64,000 bases of DNA, taken from contig JAOSJX010000008.1 in NCBI GenBank assembly GCA_027493875.1, positions 1 to 64,000 on the forward strand, read 5' to 3'. The stretch is from Deltaproteobacteria bacterium (lineage in GTDB: Bacteria; Lernaellota; Lernaellaia; JACKCT01). The notes below the pieces were generated by a model. That model was not told where the DNA came from, did not search any database, and saw nothing but the letters and a program-made list of their open reading frames with translations. A program made the position numbers and the translations under genes. Of this stretch, positions 9,702 through 19,786 are shown in pieces (position 1 is the stretch's first letter; each line of letters begins with the position of its first letter).

Positions 9702-11192
9702 TTAACGGCGCTCACGCCAATCGACGATCTCGTCCAGCGGGTAACACGGGCGCCCGATGCGCTTCCACGGAAACGACCGCAGGTTCGAGCTACACACGCC
9801 TGGCGCATCGACGATGATGATCTCCGCCGCGAACGGTGCATACGCGGCTCGGAAGCCCGCTGGCGACTTAACGACAACGATCCTCGCATCGCGCGGCTCC
9901 AGCCCAACAGACCGGTACAGCTCAGGGTCCCACTGCACGACGGGACGCTCCATGATCTCCAGGAAGATCGCGCCGGCCTGCACAACGGTGGTGCGTCCGC
10001 GCTGGAACTCCACACCGTGAAAGCCCGGTCCTTTGAAGCGGAACGCGCCATCGGCGATCAGGCGCACCCGGCCGGTGAGGGTCGCAGGTGCGCAGAACGC
10101 CGCGGTCGCCCTGCCGCCGACGGTCAGGGTCACTTCCGCGCCCACACCTGCGCGGATCGCCGCGTCGACGGCCTTGGGGTCAACGATGTTGATGAGCGTC
10201 TCGACGTTGACCCCGGCCTCAAGAAGCGCGTTCAGGATCACGGTGCTGTCGCCTGGCGCGCCGGAACTGGGCGCGTCCGAGGCGTCAGAAAAGATCACCG
10301 GGCCACGCTCCGCTACGACCGCGCGCGCTATTGCTTCTTCGATTGGCACGAGCTGGACATCAAACGCCCGCCGTCGTGCCCAGAATGCATCGGCGAGCTG
10401 TTCTGCCTCCCGGTCCGCCAGGGTCGGGTCGTCCTCCGTGGTGACGAGGACGCTACAGCCCACGTCGGGGAGGTCCAGCCATGGCTGCACCGAGAACGCC
10501 GAGGCCGAGAGCACACCGGGCGTTGACTCCAGCGCGATCGCCTGCGCTATCACCTCGGCGAACGGGCCGTCCGTCGTCCTGCCGTTCTCACCGGGCAGGA
10601 TCATGGGCAGGCAGCGCAGCGCTGTGACCGGCCTGGCCGTGCCAGCGATCAGGTCGGCGAGGTGTTGCATCGCACGCGCCGCCGTCTCGTACATATCCAC
10701 GTGCGGGAAGGTCTTGTACCCCACGAGCACGTTTGCCTGATCGACCATCTTCTGCGTCACGTTGGCGTGCAGGTCCAGGCTCCCGGTAACCGGAACCTCC
10801 GGCCCGACGACCTCCCGAATCGCTTCCAGGACACGTCCTGTCGCGTCGTCGTCATGCTCCGCAAGCATGGCGCCGTGCAACACCATGAACACGCCATCCA
10901 CGGGCAACACCGCGCGCAGGCGGTCGAGCAGTTCATCAAGCAGGGAGTCGAACACGTCCTGAAGGATCGGACCCGACGAGGTGGCGAAGCAGGCCATCAG
11001 CGGAACCACGTCGGTACCCTGTCTCCCGGCAACTTCCAGCGCCCCGGCGATGGCGTCGCGCGTGCCCTGGAAATGCGCAATGATCTTCGGTCCTCGGAGC
11101 ACATACCCGGCCTCAAACTGGGTCCATGAGCCGGGAATGGGCGAAAAACTGTGCGACTCCTGGGCAAATTGCCCGATCGCTATCTTCGTCAT
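9702..11192 (-). CDS. M81 family metallopeptidase (MlrC/microcystinase-C-like, DUF1485+DUF1446)
   Basis: N-term MTKIAIGQFAQESHSFSP and internal VLHGAMLAEHDDDATG, LDLHANV typical of MlrC family; ATG overlaps GntR stop (ATGA). Confidence 0.65.
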   Translation of the reverse strand: MTKIAIGQFAQESHSFSPIPGSWTQFEAGYVLRGPKIIAHFQGTRDAIAGALEVAGRQGTDVVPLMACFATSSGPILQDVFDSLLDELLDRLRAVLPVDGVFMVLHGAMLAEHDDDATGRVLEAIREVVGPEVPVTGSLDLHANVTQKMVDQANVLVGYKTFPHVDMYETAARAMQHLADLIAGTARPVTALRCLPMILPGENGRTTDGPFAEVIAQAIALESTPGVLSASAFSVQPWLDLPDVGCSVLVTTEDDPTLADREAEQLADAFWARRRAFDVQLVPIEEAIARAVVAERGPVIFSDASDAPSSGAPGDSTVILNALLEAGVNVETLINIVDPKAVDAAIRAGVGAEVTLTVGGRATAAFCAPATLTGRVRLIADGAFRFKGPGFHGVEFQRGRTTVVQAGAIFLEIMERPVVQWDPELYRSVGLEPRDARIVVVKSPAGFRAAYAPFAAEIIIVDAPGVCSSNLRSFPWKRIGRPCYPLDEIVDWRERR

Positions 11193-11939
11193 GGCGTCTC
11201 AGCGTCCTGATTCAGGTAGTCCGCCTGCTGGCTGGCGAGTTCGCCCCAGCGCTCGGCGCTCGCCAGGTGGTCGCGCATCGCCCGGCGGGCGGTCTTTCCA
11301 TCATGGCGCTGCACACAGGCCAGGATCTGCTTGTGATGTTTGAGCGCATCTTGCGGCGCGCCGGGCAAGGCGGAAGCCCGGCGGCTGAGGTCGTGCAACA
11401 GTTCGCGGATGGGGTCGAGCAACAAGGGAAGCAGCGGATTCTGCGAAGCCTGCGCCAGCATCCTGTGAAAACGGATATCCGCCTCCACAAAGTCATCAAG
11501 TGAGTTCCAGGTGCTCCTCTGCGTCGTGCACGGCCTGCTCCAGGCCCTTGATGTCTTCCGGTGTTGCGTTCCTGGCCGCCATTTCGGCGATCTCCACCTC
11601 GATCATGCGCCGCACCGCCGCCAGATGCGCATAAGACAGTTGCCGCTGCTGCACGTACAGGCTGATAGAGCGCGACACCGCTTTCGGCGGCATCTCCACG
11701 ACATAGCTTCCGCTGCCGACATTTACCGAGATCAGCCCTCGGTCTTCCAACAACTTGACCGCCTCGCGCACCACCGTCCGGCTGACCTGGAGTTGCTCGG
11801 CCAGTTCGCGTTCCGACGGCAGGCGGTCGCCTGACTTCAACTTACCTTCGGTGATGTTGTCTTGAATCTGTTGGGCGACCTGCTTGGAGAGCTGTTCGCG
11901 TTGGAGACGGATGGTCCCTAGTTCGGCTGCCTCTGGCAT
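11189..11939 (-). CDS. GntR family transcriptional regulator (FadR subfamily: wHTH + FCD domain), split into two ORFs by a 1-nt frameshift at about 11488-11496
   Basis: N-term GDRLPSERELAEQLQVSRTVVREAVKLLE; C-term DFVEADIRFHRMLAQAS... FCD domain in adjacent frame. Confidence 0.7.
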
Positions 11940-11960
11940 AGCCTCTTCTCGCAGATACAG

Positions 11961-11987
11961 AAAGTGGTATAATCACTCTACCACTTT
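11961..11987. promoter_or_regulatory. Candidate GntR-family operator: perfect 9-bp inverted repeat AAAGTGGTA-N9-TACCACTTT overlapping a TATAAT -10 box in the divergent intergenic region
   Basis: Read directly: aaagtggtaTAATcactctaccacttt at 11961-11987; TATAAT at 11968-11973; lies between divergent GntR operon and URO-D-like gene. Confidence 0.45.
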
Positions 11988-12013
11988 TCCAAAACCGGGA
12001 GTCAAGGAGGGGC

Positions 12014-13138
12014 GTGATGAACTACCGTGAGCGAATCTGGGCGGGGTTGCGCGGCGAGCCGGTGGATTATGTGCCCTTCGCGCCCCGTTGGGACCTGTGG
12101 TTCAACGCCGCCAAGCTGGACGGGCGGCTGCCTGCAAAATACCAGGGCTGGGACATGTTCGACATGGCGAAGGACCTGGGGTTCGGCGTCTTTGACTTTT
12201 ATGCGCCGCTGTTTCGTACTGAGCTGCACGGCGTGACGGTCACGGAGACACGCAAAGGCTCGGATACGCTGATTGTTTACGAAACGCCTGTCGGAACTGT
12301 CTCCGAAGTCCACGGGAGCACCCCTGACCTGGAAAGCGGCGGCGTCAGGGGACAGACGACGCAACACCTGATTCAATCAATCGAGGACTACGGCCCCGTG
12401 ATGTACAATGTCGAGCACACCGAAGTGATTCCCGCTTACGAAGAGTTCCTGGCACGCGACCGGCGGATCGGGGAGGCCGGACTGGCGCTCGGCCTGGGGT
12501 TTGAGTGCCCTGCTCACCACATTATGCGCGAGTTCACGGGCTACCAGGGCTTCTACTATGCGTTGTATGACCATCCCAACGAAGTGGACCGCCTGATCGA
12601 CGCGGTAAGCGCCCTCTACGCGAAAATGGAGGCCGTTGTCCTCGACTCGCCGGCTGACATCATCCGTGTGGGGTCGAATTTCGACACGCAATTGACCTCG
12701 CCGCCCATCTTCCGCCGCTACTTCGCGCCTTATTTTCGAGAGTTCAGCGCACGGGCACACCAGCGCGGCAAGTGGGTGTGCGCTCACACCGACAGCCGCA
12801 TGGACGGCCTCATGGAGCTTATCCTCGACTCCGGATTTGACGTCGCCGAGGCGTTCACGCCGCCGCCGATGACCAACATCGACATCGCCGACGCCCGGCG
12901 GGTGTGGGGGAATCGCGTCGCCATCTGGGGTGGGCTGGCCTCGATCCTCTTCTCGCTTTCCATACCGGACGAGGTGCTCGAGGCGCACATCCGGGCGCAG
13001 TTGGCGCAGATGCACCCTGGGGATCGCTTTGTCCTGGGTATGGGTGATAACGTGCCTACTGACAGTTCGCTTGATCGCATTCTGCGCGTTCAGGAAATCG
13101 TTGAGGAACAGGGCGAGCTTACTCAGTTCGAAATCTGA
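12014..13138 (+). CDS. Uroporphyrinogen decarboxylase (URO-D) family protein, copy 2
   Basis: 374 aa intact ORF, URO-D/methyltransferase-MtaA-like fold signatures; GGAGGGG RBS upstream. Confidence 0.7.
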   Translation: MMNYRERIWAGLRGEPVDYVPFAPRWDLWFNAAKLDGRLPAKYQGWDMFDMAKDLGFGVFDFYAPLFRTELHGVTVTETRKGSDTLIVYETPVGTVSEVHGSTPDLESGGVRGQTTQHLIQSIEDYGPVMYNVEHTEVIPAYEEFLARDRRIGEAGLALGLGFECPAHHIMREFTGYQGFYYALYDHPNEVDRLIDAVSALYAKMEAVVLDSPADIIRVGSNFDTQLTSPPIFRRYFAPYFREFSARAHQRGKWVCAHTDSRMDGLMELILDSGFDVAEAFTPPPMTNIDIADARRVWGNRVAIWGGLASILFSLSIPDEVLEAHIRAQLAQMHPGDRFVLGMGDNVPTDSSLDRILRVQEIVEEQGELTQFEI

Positions 13139-13510
13139 GGAACATCGAGAGCCGACGTTGATGATGCCATAGGTTCGATCTCTCGCAGAGCGCGGAAGGG
13201 AAGGCATGCCATGTCTCTATTGGTCTGTGAGATTGCCCTGGCATGCTACCCCCGCCACAGCACGAGCGCGGCCTCGCCGGCGCGTGTCGGTGCGGCGCTT
13301 CCCAAACCGCGCGCGTTGTATCATACTGGGATGCACGGCGGACGAGGCGCGCAGCCGCCCGGCGCGCCCCTGGGCAGCGCGCCGACGGCGTGGGGTTCAC
13401 GTCGCTCAGTGGACGCCATTGCGTCAGGCGCGCCTTAAGAGTATGAGATACACTTGCGTCAAGAAACTGCGCCTATATCACATGACATGCCCATAGAAAG
13501 GATTCTAACA

Positions 13511-14897
13511 ATGCGCCGCTTTGCGGTTTTGTCGGTTGTGTTACTGGTGCTGCCGCTAGCGCTCACCGCGTGCAGCTTGAGAGACTATATCATGGGCGAG
13601 GAGATCACCCCCACGCCGGTCGTTATCGTCGTGACGGCGACTGCAACGCCGACCGCGACGCCCACGCCCATCCCGACCTTCACGCCGGTGCCGCCCGTGC
13701 AGTGCGCGGTCAGGACAGACTGGCCGGTCTATACAATCGTGCGCGGCGACACGCTGTACAGCATCTCCCGGCGCACCGGCACCACCGTGGACGCGCTCAT
13801 GACCGCCAACTGCCTGACGAGCACGATCATCTTCAGCGGCCAGGCGCTTCGCGTCCCGACGCTGCCCTCCGGCCAGCCGGTCGATTGCGGCGGCGCGCAG
13901 TGGTTCTTCACGTTCCGGCCCGGCCAGAGCGCGGTCGGCTGCCCGAACCCGGTCGCGGACCGCCAGCGCCGCCGGCGAGGACTTCGAGGGCGGGCGCGCG
14001 TACTGGTACTCGCCGCTGCCGGGTGAGGGCCTCGGCACCGTCTGGGTGATCTACAACGACGGCACCTGGGAGCGCTATCCCGACACCTGGACCGCCGGCC
14101 AGCTGGAGAGCGACCCCACCATCGTCCCGCCGGCGGGACGTTACCAGCCGGTGCGCGGCATCGGAAAGGTGTGGCGCGAGAACCCCAGCGTGCGCGCGCG
14201 GCTTGGCTGGGCCTACGAGCCGGAGAGCGCCTTCACCGGACGCCTCCAGACCATCAACTCCCGTGTCGGAAGCCCGCCGCCGGGCTATGTCCCGCACTTC
14301 TACATCGATCACGGCAAGGGGATTGTGCTGCGCCTGTTCACGCCGGTGTCGGGTCCCAACACCTGGGAAACCGTCGGCAACTACACGGTCTCGACCGGCC
14401 CGACGCCCATCCCCTGCGGCGGCATTGGCTGGTTCTTCACGTTCAGGGCGGGCCAGGGCGATCCCAACTGCCCGCTCACGGCGGTCATGGTGAGCGCCGC
14501 CGGCGAGGACTTCGAGGGCGGGCGCGTGTACTGGTACGCCGCGCCGCCCGGCTCGCCCGACCCGCGCGGCACGATCTACGTGATCTACAACGACGGCACC
14601 TGGGAGACGTACCCGGATACCTGGGACGCCACCCAGCCGGAGAGCGACCCGACCATCGTGCCGCCGGCCGGTCGCTACCAGCCTGTGCGCGGCATCGGCA
14701 AGGTGTGGCGCGACTTCCCCGCCGTCCGCGCCAAGCTCGGCTGGGCCTATGAGCCGGAGAGCGCCTTCACCGGGCGGTTTCAGCAGCCCGCCGGCAGTCC
14801 CGGTTACTTCTACGTCGACCACGGGAAGGGGATCGTCCTGCGCCTCTACAGCGTGGATATGGCCCCGAACACCTGGGAGGTCGCCGGCAACTACTAG
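13511..14897 (+). CDS. Secreted lipoprotein with LysM domain followed by two full copies (plus a leading partial copy) of a novel ~175-aa repeat; ORFs 13454-14026 and 14046-14897 joined by 1-nt frameshift near 13945
   Basis: Lipobox LALTAC; LysM YTIVRGDTLYSISRRTGTTVDALMTANCL; repeats CGG(I/A)xWFFTFR(A/P)GQ...AAGEDFEGGR.YWY...VIYNDGTWE.YPDTW...VPPAGRYQPVRGIGKVWR...LGWAYEPESAFTGR. Confidence 0.6.
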
Positions 14898-15100
14898 GCC
14901 GCGCGTCGGGTAGGGAGCGACCCGGCGGGTCGCCCCTGCCCCCAGATGGGTTGGGGGCGGACAGGCAAACGAAACTTCCAAGCGCCTATCAACACATTCA
15001 AGGTTCTTTGTAGGGGCAAGGCATGCCTTGCCCCTACTTCACCCATGTCTCGCCAAGACTCAACCCTGTCCGCCCCTGAACTCCCAGATGGCGCGCTGCC

Positions 15101-16720
15101 TCAGTTCAGCGCCGTGACCGCGTTGTCCAGCGCCTCCTGGATGCTGCGCTCGCCCCGGAACACGGCGTTGAGCGCGTCGGTGATCCACGCCAGCACGTCG
15201 CGGTGCTCCAGGCCAAAGAAGAAAGCGTGCCCGAAGTAGTAGGGTCGCCCGGTGGCCGCGCCCGCGACGATGACGGCTTCGTTGGGGTGGTCGTCGAACC
15301 AGCTATCGTCGAGCAGCGCGCGCAACGTGGGCAGCACGCCCTGTTCATGCAGCAGCGCCGCCTGGTTCTCCGGGCCGGCCAGGTATATGGCGAGCAGCGC
15401 CGACGCGACCGGGTTGGGCGTCGCGGCGTTGACGGCCACGCCGTCCGCAAAGGCCAGGTTCGCGTCGCCCGCCGGCCCCGCCGGCAGCGGCGCAATCGCA
15501 TACGCGACGCTGGGGTATTGCTCTGCCATGAAATCCACCGCGCCGACGCCCTCCCAGGCCATCGTGACCAGCTCGCGGCCCAGGGCCTCGCGGCAGTGCG
15601 CCACGTTGATGAGCGCCGGCAGCGTCCCGTAGCCGTCGGCGTACATGCCATACCAGAACGCCAGCGCCTCGGCGGCCTCCGGGCTGTTGAACAGGGCCTC
15701 CAGGTAGAGGTCGTCAGTCACCGCGCCGCCGGCCTGGTAGAGCGCCGCCAGCCAGCGCCGCGCGTCCGGCGGCGTGCAGACGCCGTAGATGCCGGTCCTT
15801 TCGGAGATGACGCGGGCTGCGTTCTCCATGTCGGCCCAGGTCCAGTCGGCGGTGGGGTAATCGAGGCCGGCCTCGTCGAACAGGTGCGGCAGGTAGACAA
15901 GGCCGAGCGAGTCCAGATCGACGGGCAGGGCGAAGGTCTTTGCCTCGTAGGTGAACATCTCGATCAGCGCGGGCACGTAATCCTCCCGCGCGATGCCCAC
16001 CGTCGCGAGGTAGGCGTCCAGCGGCGCGAGCAGCCCGTAGGGGCTGAACACGCTCATCAGGCCCGCGTCGATGTAGAACACGTCGGGGGCGCGCCCGGCG
16101 GCCATCAGCCGCTTCATCGCCTCTGTGTAATCCTCGTCCTCGACCGGCTCGTAGACCACCGCGATGTTGGGAAACAGCGCCTCGAAGCGCTCAATCGCGT
16201 CGAGGACCGCCTGCGCCCCGTCCTCGTCGATGCCCCAGCTTGACACGCGCACGGTGGCGTCCGCCTCGATGTCGGGCGCGAGCCGCCAGTAGTTCGTCCC
16301 GATGCTGCCCGGCTCCGGGCTGCCGTCAATGCACAAGACCATCTGCGCGCCTTCGAGGTCGGTATGGTACTCGTACTCGACGCCGTCCACCGCGATGAAG
16401 ATGCGGTAGCCGGGCGTCGGCGTCGTGTCGTAGATGCGGTTCGGTATCGGGCAGCCCAGGCTCACGTCGGGCCAGATGAGCGCCTCCCAGCGGTGTACCT
16501 GCTGCTCGCGCGACACCGCTTTGCCCAGATAGCTGCTCAGGTGCGCCATCGCTTCGTCCACGCGCTCGACCGGGCCCGAAGCCGGCGTTTCGGCGCCCTC
16601 CTGGGCGTAGGCCGGCGCAAAGGCGAGCGTCAGCGCCAGGGACAGCGCCACCGCAAAGGCGGCGCGCCCCAGCCGCCACACGCCCCACGGCCCGGCTGAA
16701 GAACTTCGACCACGTGCCAT
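15101..16720 (-). CDS. Extracellular solute-binding protein (ABC SBP family 1-like) with N-terminal extra domain and signal peptide
   Basis: Signal peptide AAFAVALSLALTLAFAPAYAQ; SBP-like C-terminal two-thirds; orphan (no adjacent permeases). Confidence 0.6.
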   Translation of the reverse strand: MARGRSSSAGPWGVWRLGRAAFAVALSLALTLAFAPAYAQEGAETPASGPVERVDEAMAHLSSYLGKAVSREQQVHRWEALIWPDVSLGCPIPNRIYDTTPTPGYRIFIAVDGVEYEYHTDLEGAQMVLCIDGSPEPGSIGTNYWRLAPDIEADATVRVSSWGIDEDGAQAVLDAIERFEALFPNIAVVYEPVEDEDYTEAMKRLMAAGRAPDVFYIDAGLMSVFSPYGLLAPLDAYLATVGIAREDYVPALIEMFTYEAKTFALPVDLDSLGLVYLPHLFDEAGLDYPTADWTWADMENAARVISERTGIYGVCTPPDARRWLAALYQAGGAVTDDLYLEALFNSPEAAEALAFWYGMYADGYGTLPALINVAHCREALGRELVTMAWEGVGAVDFMAEQYPSVAYAIAPLPAGPAGDANLAFADGVAVNAATPNPVASALLAIYLAGPENQAALLHEQGVLPTLRALLDDSWFDDHPNEAVIVAGAATGRPYYFGHAFFFGLEHRDVLAWITDALNAVFRGERSIQEALDNAVTALN

Positions 16721-16783
16721 GTTTCCTGTTTCCTCCTCCCCCAACCTCTACGCAACGACGCATACAACGGAACAGCGGGCCGC

Positions 16784-17100
16784 TCAAGGCGGCGCTGCGA
16801 GCGCGGCCCCCGGCGCTTGAAACGCCAGGATGGCGCGCGCGCCATAGACAAACGCGACAATGCCGATCACGACCACGGCGGCGGCCAGCGCGCGCCTGTA
16901 CCTGGAGACGCGCGCCCCCCTGCGAGCACGCTATACGCGCCGATCAGGCCGTGCAGCACGATGGTGAACAGAAAGGCGATGTCCACGACTTTCCAGAGCG
17001 GGTTGTCCAGCGGCATGTGCCGGACGAAGTGGGTGTGAATCAGCAGCAGCGCGAGCAGGGCGATGGCGGCGATGCGTTGGACCTGGTAGAGACGGCGCAT
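16784..17100 (-). CDS. Small hydrophobic membrane protein (frameshift at a C7/G7 homopolymer near 16915)
   Basis: TM segments IAAIALLALLLIHTHF, IAFLFTIVLHGLIGAYSVLA then continues in alternate frame as LAAAVVVIGIVAFVYGARAILAF. Confidence 0.3.
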
Positions 17101-17112
17101 GGGCGGGACCCT

Positions 17113-17403
17113 TTAGGCAGCCAGCAACAGGGGCAGGTGGCCGACCGTCATGATGACGGTGATGAGAAGGACGATCTGCGCCTTGAGCTTGCGGTTCTCT
17201 TCCGAGTTGTGGCGCTCGACGATCATCAGGCCGACGCCGTCGGCGGCGTGGTGGGTGACCCCCGCAATGAGCGCGACCTCAAGCAGCTTGAAGGCGGGCG
17301 CATCGAAAAGCCTCAGGTGCGCCATAAAGATCACCGGCCCCTGCTCGGCGTCGCCCAGCGCCCAGATGTATGCGAACATGTAGGCGACGAGCAGCACGCT
17401 CAC
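17113..17403 (-). CDS. Small hydrophobic membrane protein
   Basis: 96 aa, two to three TM helices; weak resemblance to Sdh membrane-anchor-type small proteins, not assignable. Confidence 0.3.
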   Translation of the reverse strand: MSVLLVAYMFAYIWALGDAEQGPVIFMAHLRLFDAPAFKLLEVALIAGVTHHAADGVGLMIVERHNSEENRKLKAQIVLLITVIMTVGHLPLLLAA

Positions 17404-17847
17404 CAGGCGGCGCGCGCGCCGCGAACGCTCGGCGCGGGTCCCTCACGGGCGGTCCTCCGTCGCTATGGTCAACAGCATTGCGTGTCTCCTCTGTCTATTC
17501 TCCCCACCTCGCCCCTGGCGTCAATAGCGGCCCGCGTGCGGACGCCCTGCGCGCACGTGACGCTTCCCTGACGGGCGCACCGGCGACCGGGGCGCGGTCG
17601 ATAGCCGGCCGGTGTGCGCCGCCGGCCGCCCCTTATGTTACACTGGCAGCGCGTCATTGTCGCAGTGCATCATGCAAGCCCGCGCCGTGCGCACGCCGCG
17701 CCTGCACGGGCCGCGAAATCCGGGCGCAGATCGGCGGCTAACCTGCCGATGGGCTGGTAGAATAGGGCGGGAACGGCGTGCGGGCAACATACACAACGCG
17801 CCGCACGTTGCGTCTGCCGAATACCTGGGGGGAGGTATCTGGATTCC

Positions 17848-19702
17848 ATGAACACGTTCCTCGATACCCTTAAGACCAGGGTCCAGGCGGCGGTCGAGGC
17901 GCTCTATGCCTTCGAGCGCAAGACCATGCTGCCGCTGCCGGTCATGCTCGGCGGGTTCGTCTTTCTCCTCATCGTGCTCTGCCTTGTGCTTGTGCTGGTC
18001 TTTCGGCCCGGTGAGGCCGGCCTGCCCTTCGATGAGAACTTCGACGGCGACGGCGCGGCGTCCTGGCCGGCGTCCGGCGGCGCGTGGGAGGTGCGCGACG
18101 GCGCGCTGGTCCAGCTTGACGCGACTGCCGCCGACGCCGCCAAGATGACGCCCTCCGCGTGGGTGAAGGCGAGATGTACCGGTTCAGCGCGCAGGTCCGC
18201 CACCCCGAAGGCGCGCCGCCCGGCGCGCCCGGCGGTGGGCTGACCTTCAACGCGCCCCAGGAGGGCGGCCAGGGTACGGGCACGTGGCGCGCTTCGCCGC
18301 CGAGAACAACGTGCTGTACGCGCGCTACGGCTACTATGACGCCGCGGGCGCGTTCGTGCCCCAGGGGAGCGCGCCGCTCCCCCTGCTGCCCAACGACACC
18401 GGCTGGCAGCGCCTCGGCGTGTGGGTCGGGCCGGACACCTATCACGTGCTGGTGAACAACGAGGTTGTCGCCGCGAACATCCCCCTGCAATACCGGGGCG
18501 GCGCGCTCGGCCTCGTCGCCGGCGGCGGGCCGGCCGCATTCGACGACGTGGAGGCGGACCGGTGGGAACCGGTGAGCGACCGGATTCAGGTCGCCGAGAC
18601 CCCGGTCCCGGTGCTGCAAGGCGAGATCAGGACGGCGGTCGATCTCGGCCCGCTGCGCTTCAGCGACAGCTTCGACGATCCAGAGGCCAGCGAGGCCCAG
18701 TGGCTTCCCTTCACCGGCGATTGGGCCTTCGAGCCGGGCTTCTTCGTGCAGCGCCAGGTCGATGGCTATGACCGCAGCGCCAGCGCCGGCGAGCGTTTTG
18801 AGTCGTTCGTGCTGCGCGCCACGTTCGCGCACCGCGAGGGCGCGGGCGGCGGCGTGCTGTTCAACATGGCCCGGCGCGATGTCCTCACCGAGGCCCACAT
18901 TGTGCGCTACTTCGGCAGCAGCGAGGTGCTGGCCTGGGGTTACTTCGATGCCGATGGCGTGTTCCAGGCGCAGGGCACGGCGGCGGTGCCCGCCGCCGGG
19001 ACCGCCGCGCACACCCTGGAGGTGCGCGCCGAAATGGGCGTGTACTCCGTGAGCCTCGACAGCGCGCTGGTCGCAACCGACGCGCCCCTGATGACCGGCA
19101 GCGGCTACATCGGCCTGACGAGTTCGGAGAGCGCCGTCGCGTTCGAGTCGGTGGAAGTCTACGACACGGCCAGCGACGCCGACGCGGCCACCGTGCTCGA
19201 CCTGAGCGCCAGCGACGGCGCGTGGCTCAGCGCCGATGGCGTCATCACCCAGCTCAGCAGCGCGCAGCGGGACTTCGTCGCCGGCACAGGCATCGCCGCC
19301 TCGGCGTTCCGCGCCAGCGTCGATGTCCTGCTCCCGCAGGGGGAAGGGCTGGAGTTCGCCGGCGGCGGGATCGCGTTCCACATGACCGGGCGCGACAACC
19401 GGGCCGGCGGGTACGTCGTGCGCTTCGCGACCGGCGGGCGCGAGGTGATCTGGGGGGCGTTCGACGAAGGGGGCGCGTTCAAGGAGCAGGGCAACGCCCC
19501 GGTCGAACCGGAGCCGGGCGCGCCGCACACCCTGACGGTGGTCGTGCGCGCCGACAACTTTGATATTCTGGTGGACGGCGCGCTGATCGTAAGCAACCTC
19601 TTGCTGGAACGGGCTGACGGCTGGGTCGGGCTGGTGAGCTTCCAGGGGCCGGTGTCGTTCTCGGGCTTCCAGATGACGTTGAGCGAAGCCGAAGGCCAGT
19701 AG
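17848..19702 (+). CDS. Membrane-anchored protein with four tandem ~140-150 aa beta-sandwich-like (concanavalin/LamG-like) repeats; three ORF pieces joined by frameshifts near 18165 and 18285
   Basis: N-terminal TM LPLPVMLGGFVFLLIVLCLVLVLVF; repeated pattern REGAGGGVLFNMARRD...VRYFG..EVLAWGYFDADGVFQAQG...AHTLEV...GYIGL in all three pieces. Confidence 0.55.
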
Positions 19703-19786
19703 GCTGCCGCAAACAGGGTCCTGGTGCGCGGCCAGGGCTTCTGCAAAGTCGGTAGACTTTGTTAGTATATGGCTTTGTTTCTTCTT

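Noticed and set aside
13908-14981. 357-aa minus-strand ORF over the LysM-repeat locus
   Set aside because: Antisense artifact with a Gly/Arg/Ala-rich low-complexity translation. The plus strand encodes a conserved tandem-repeat protein.
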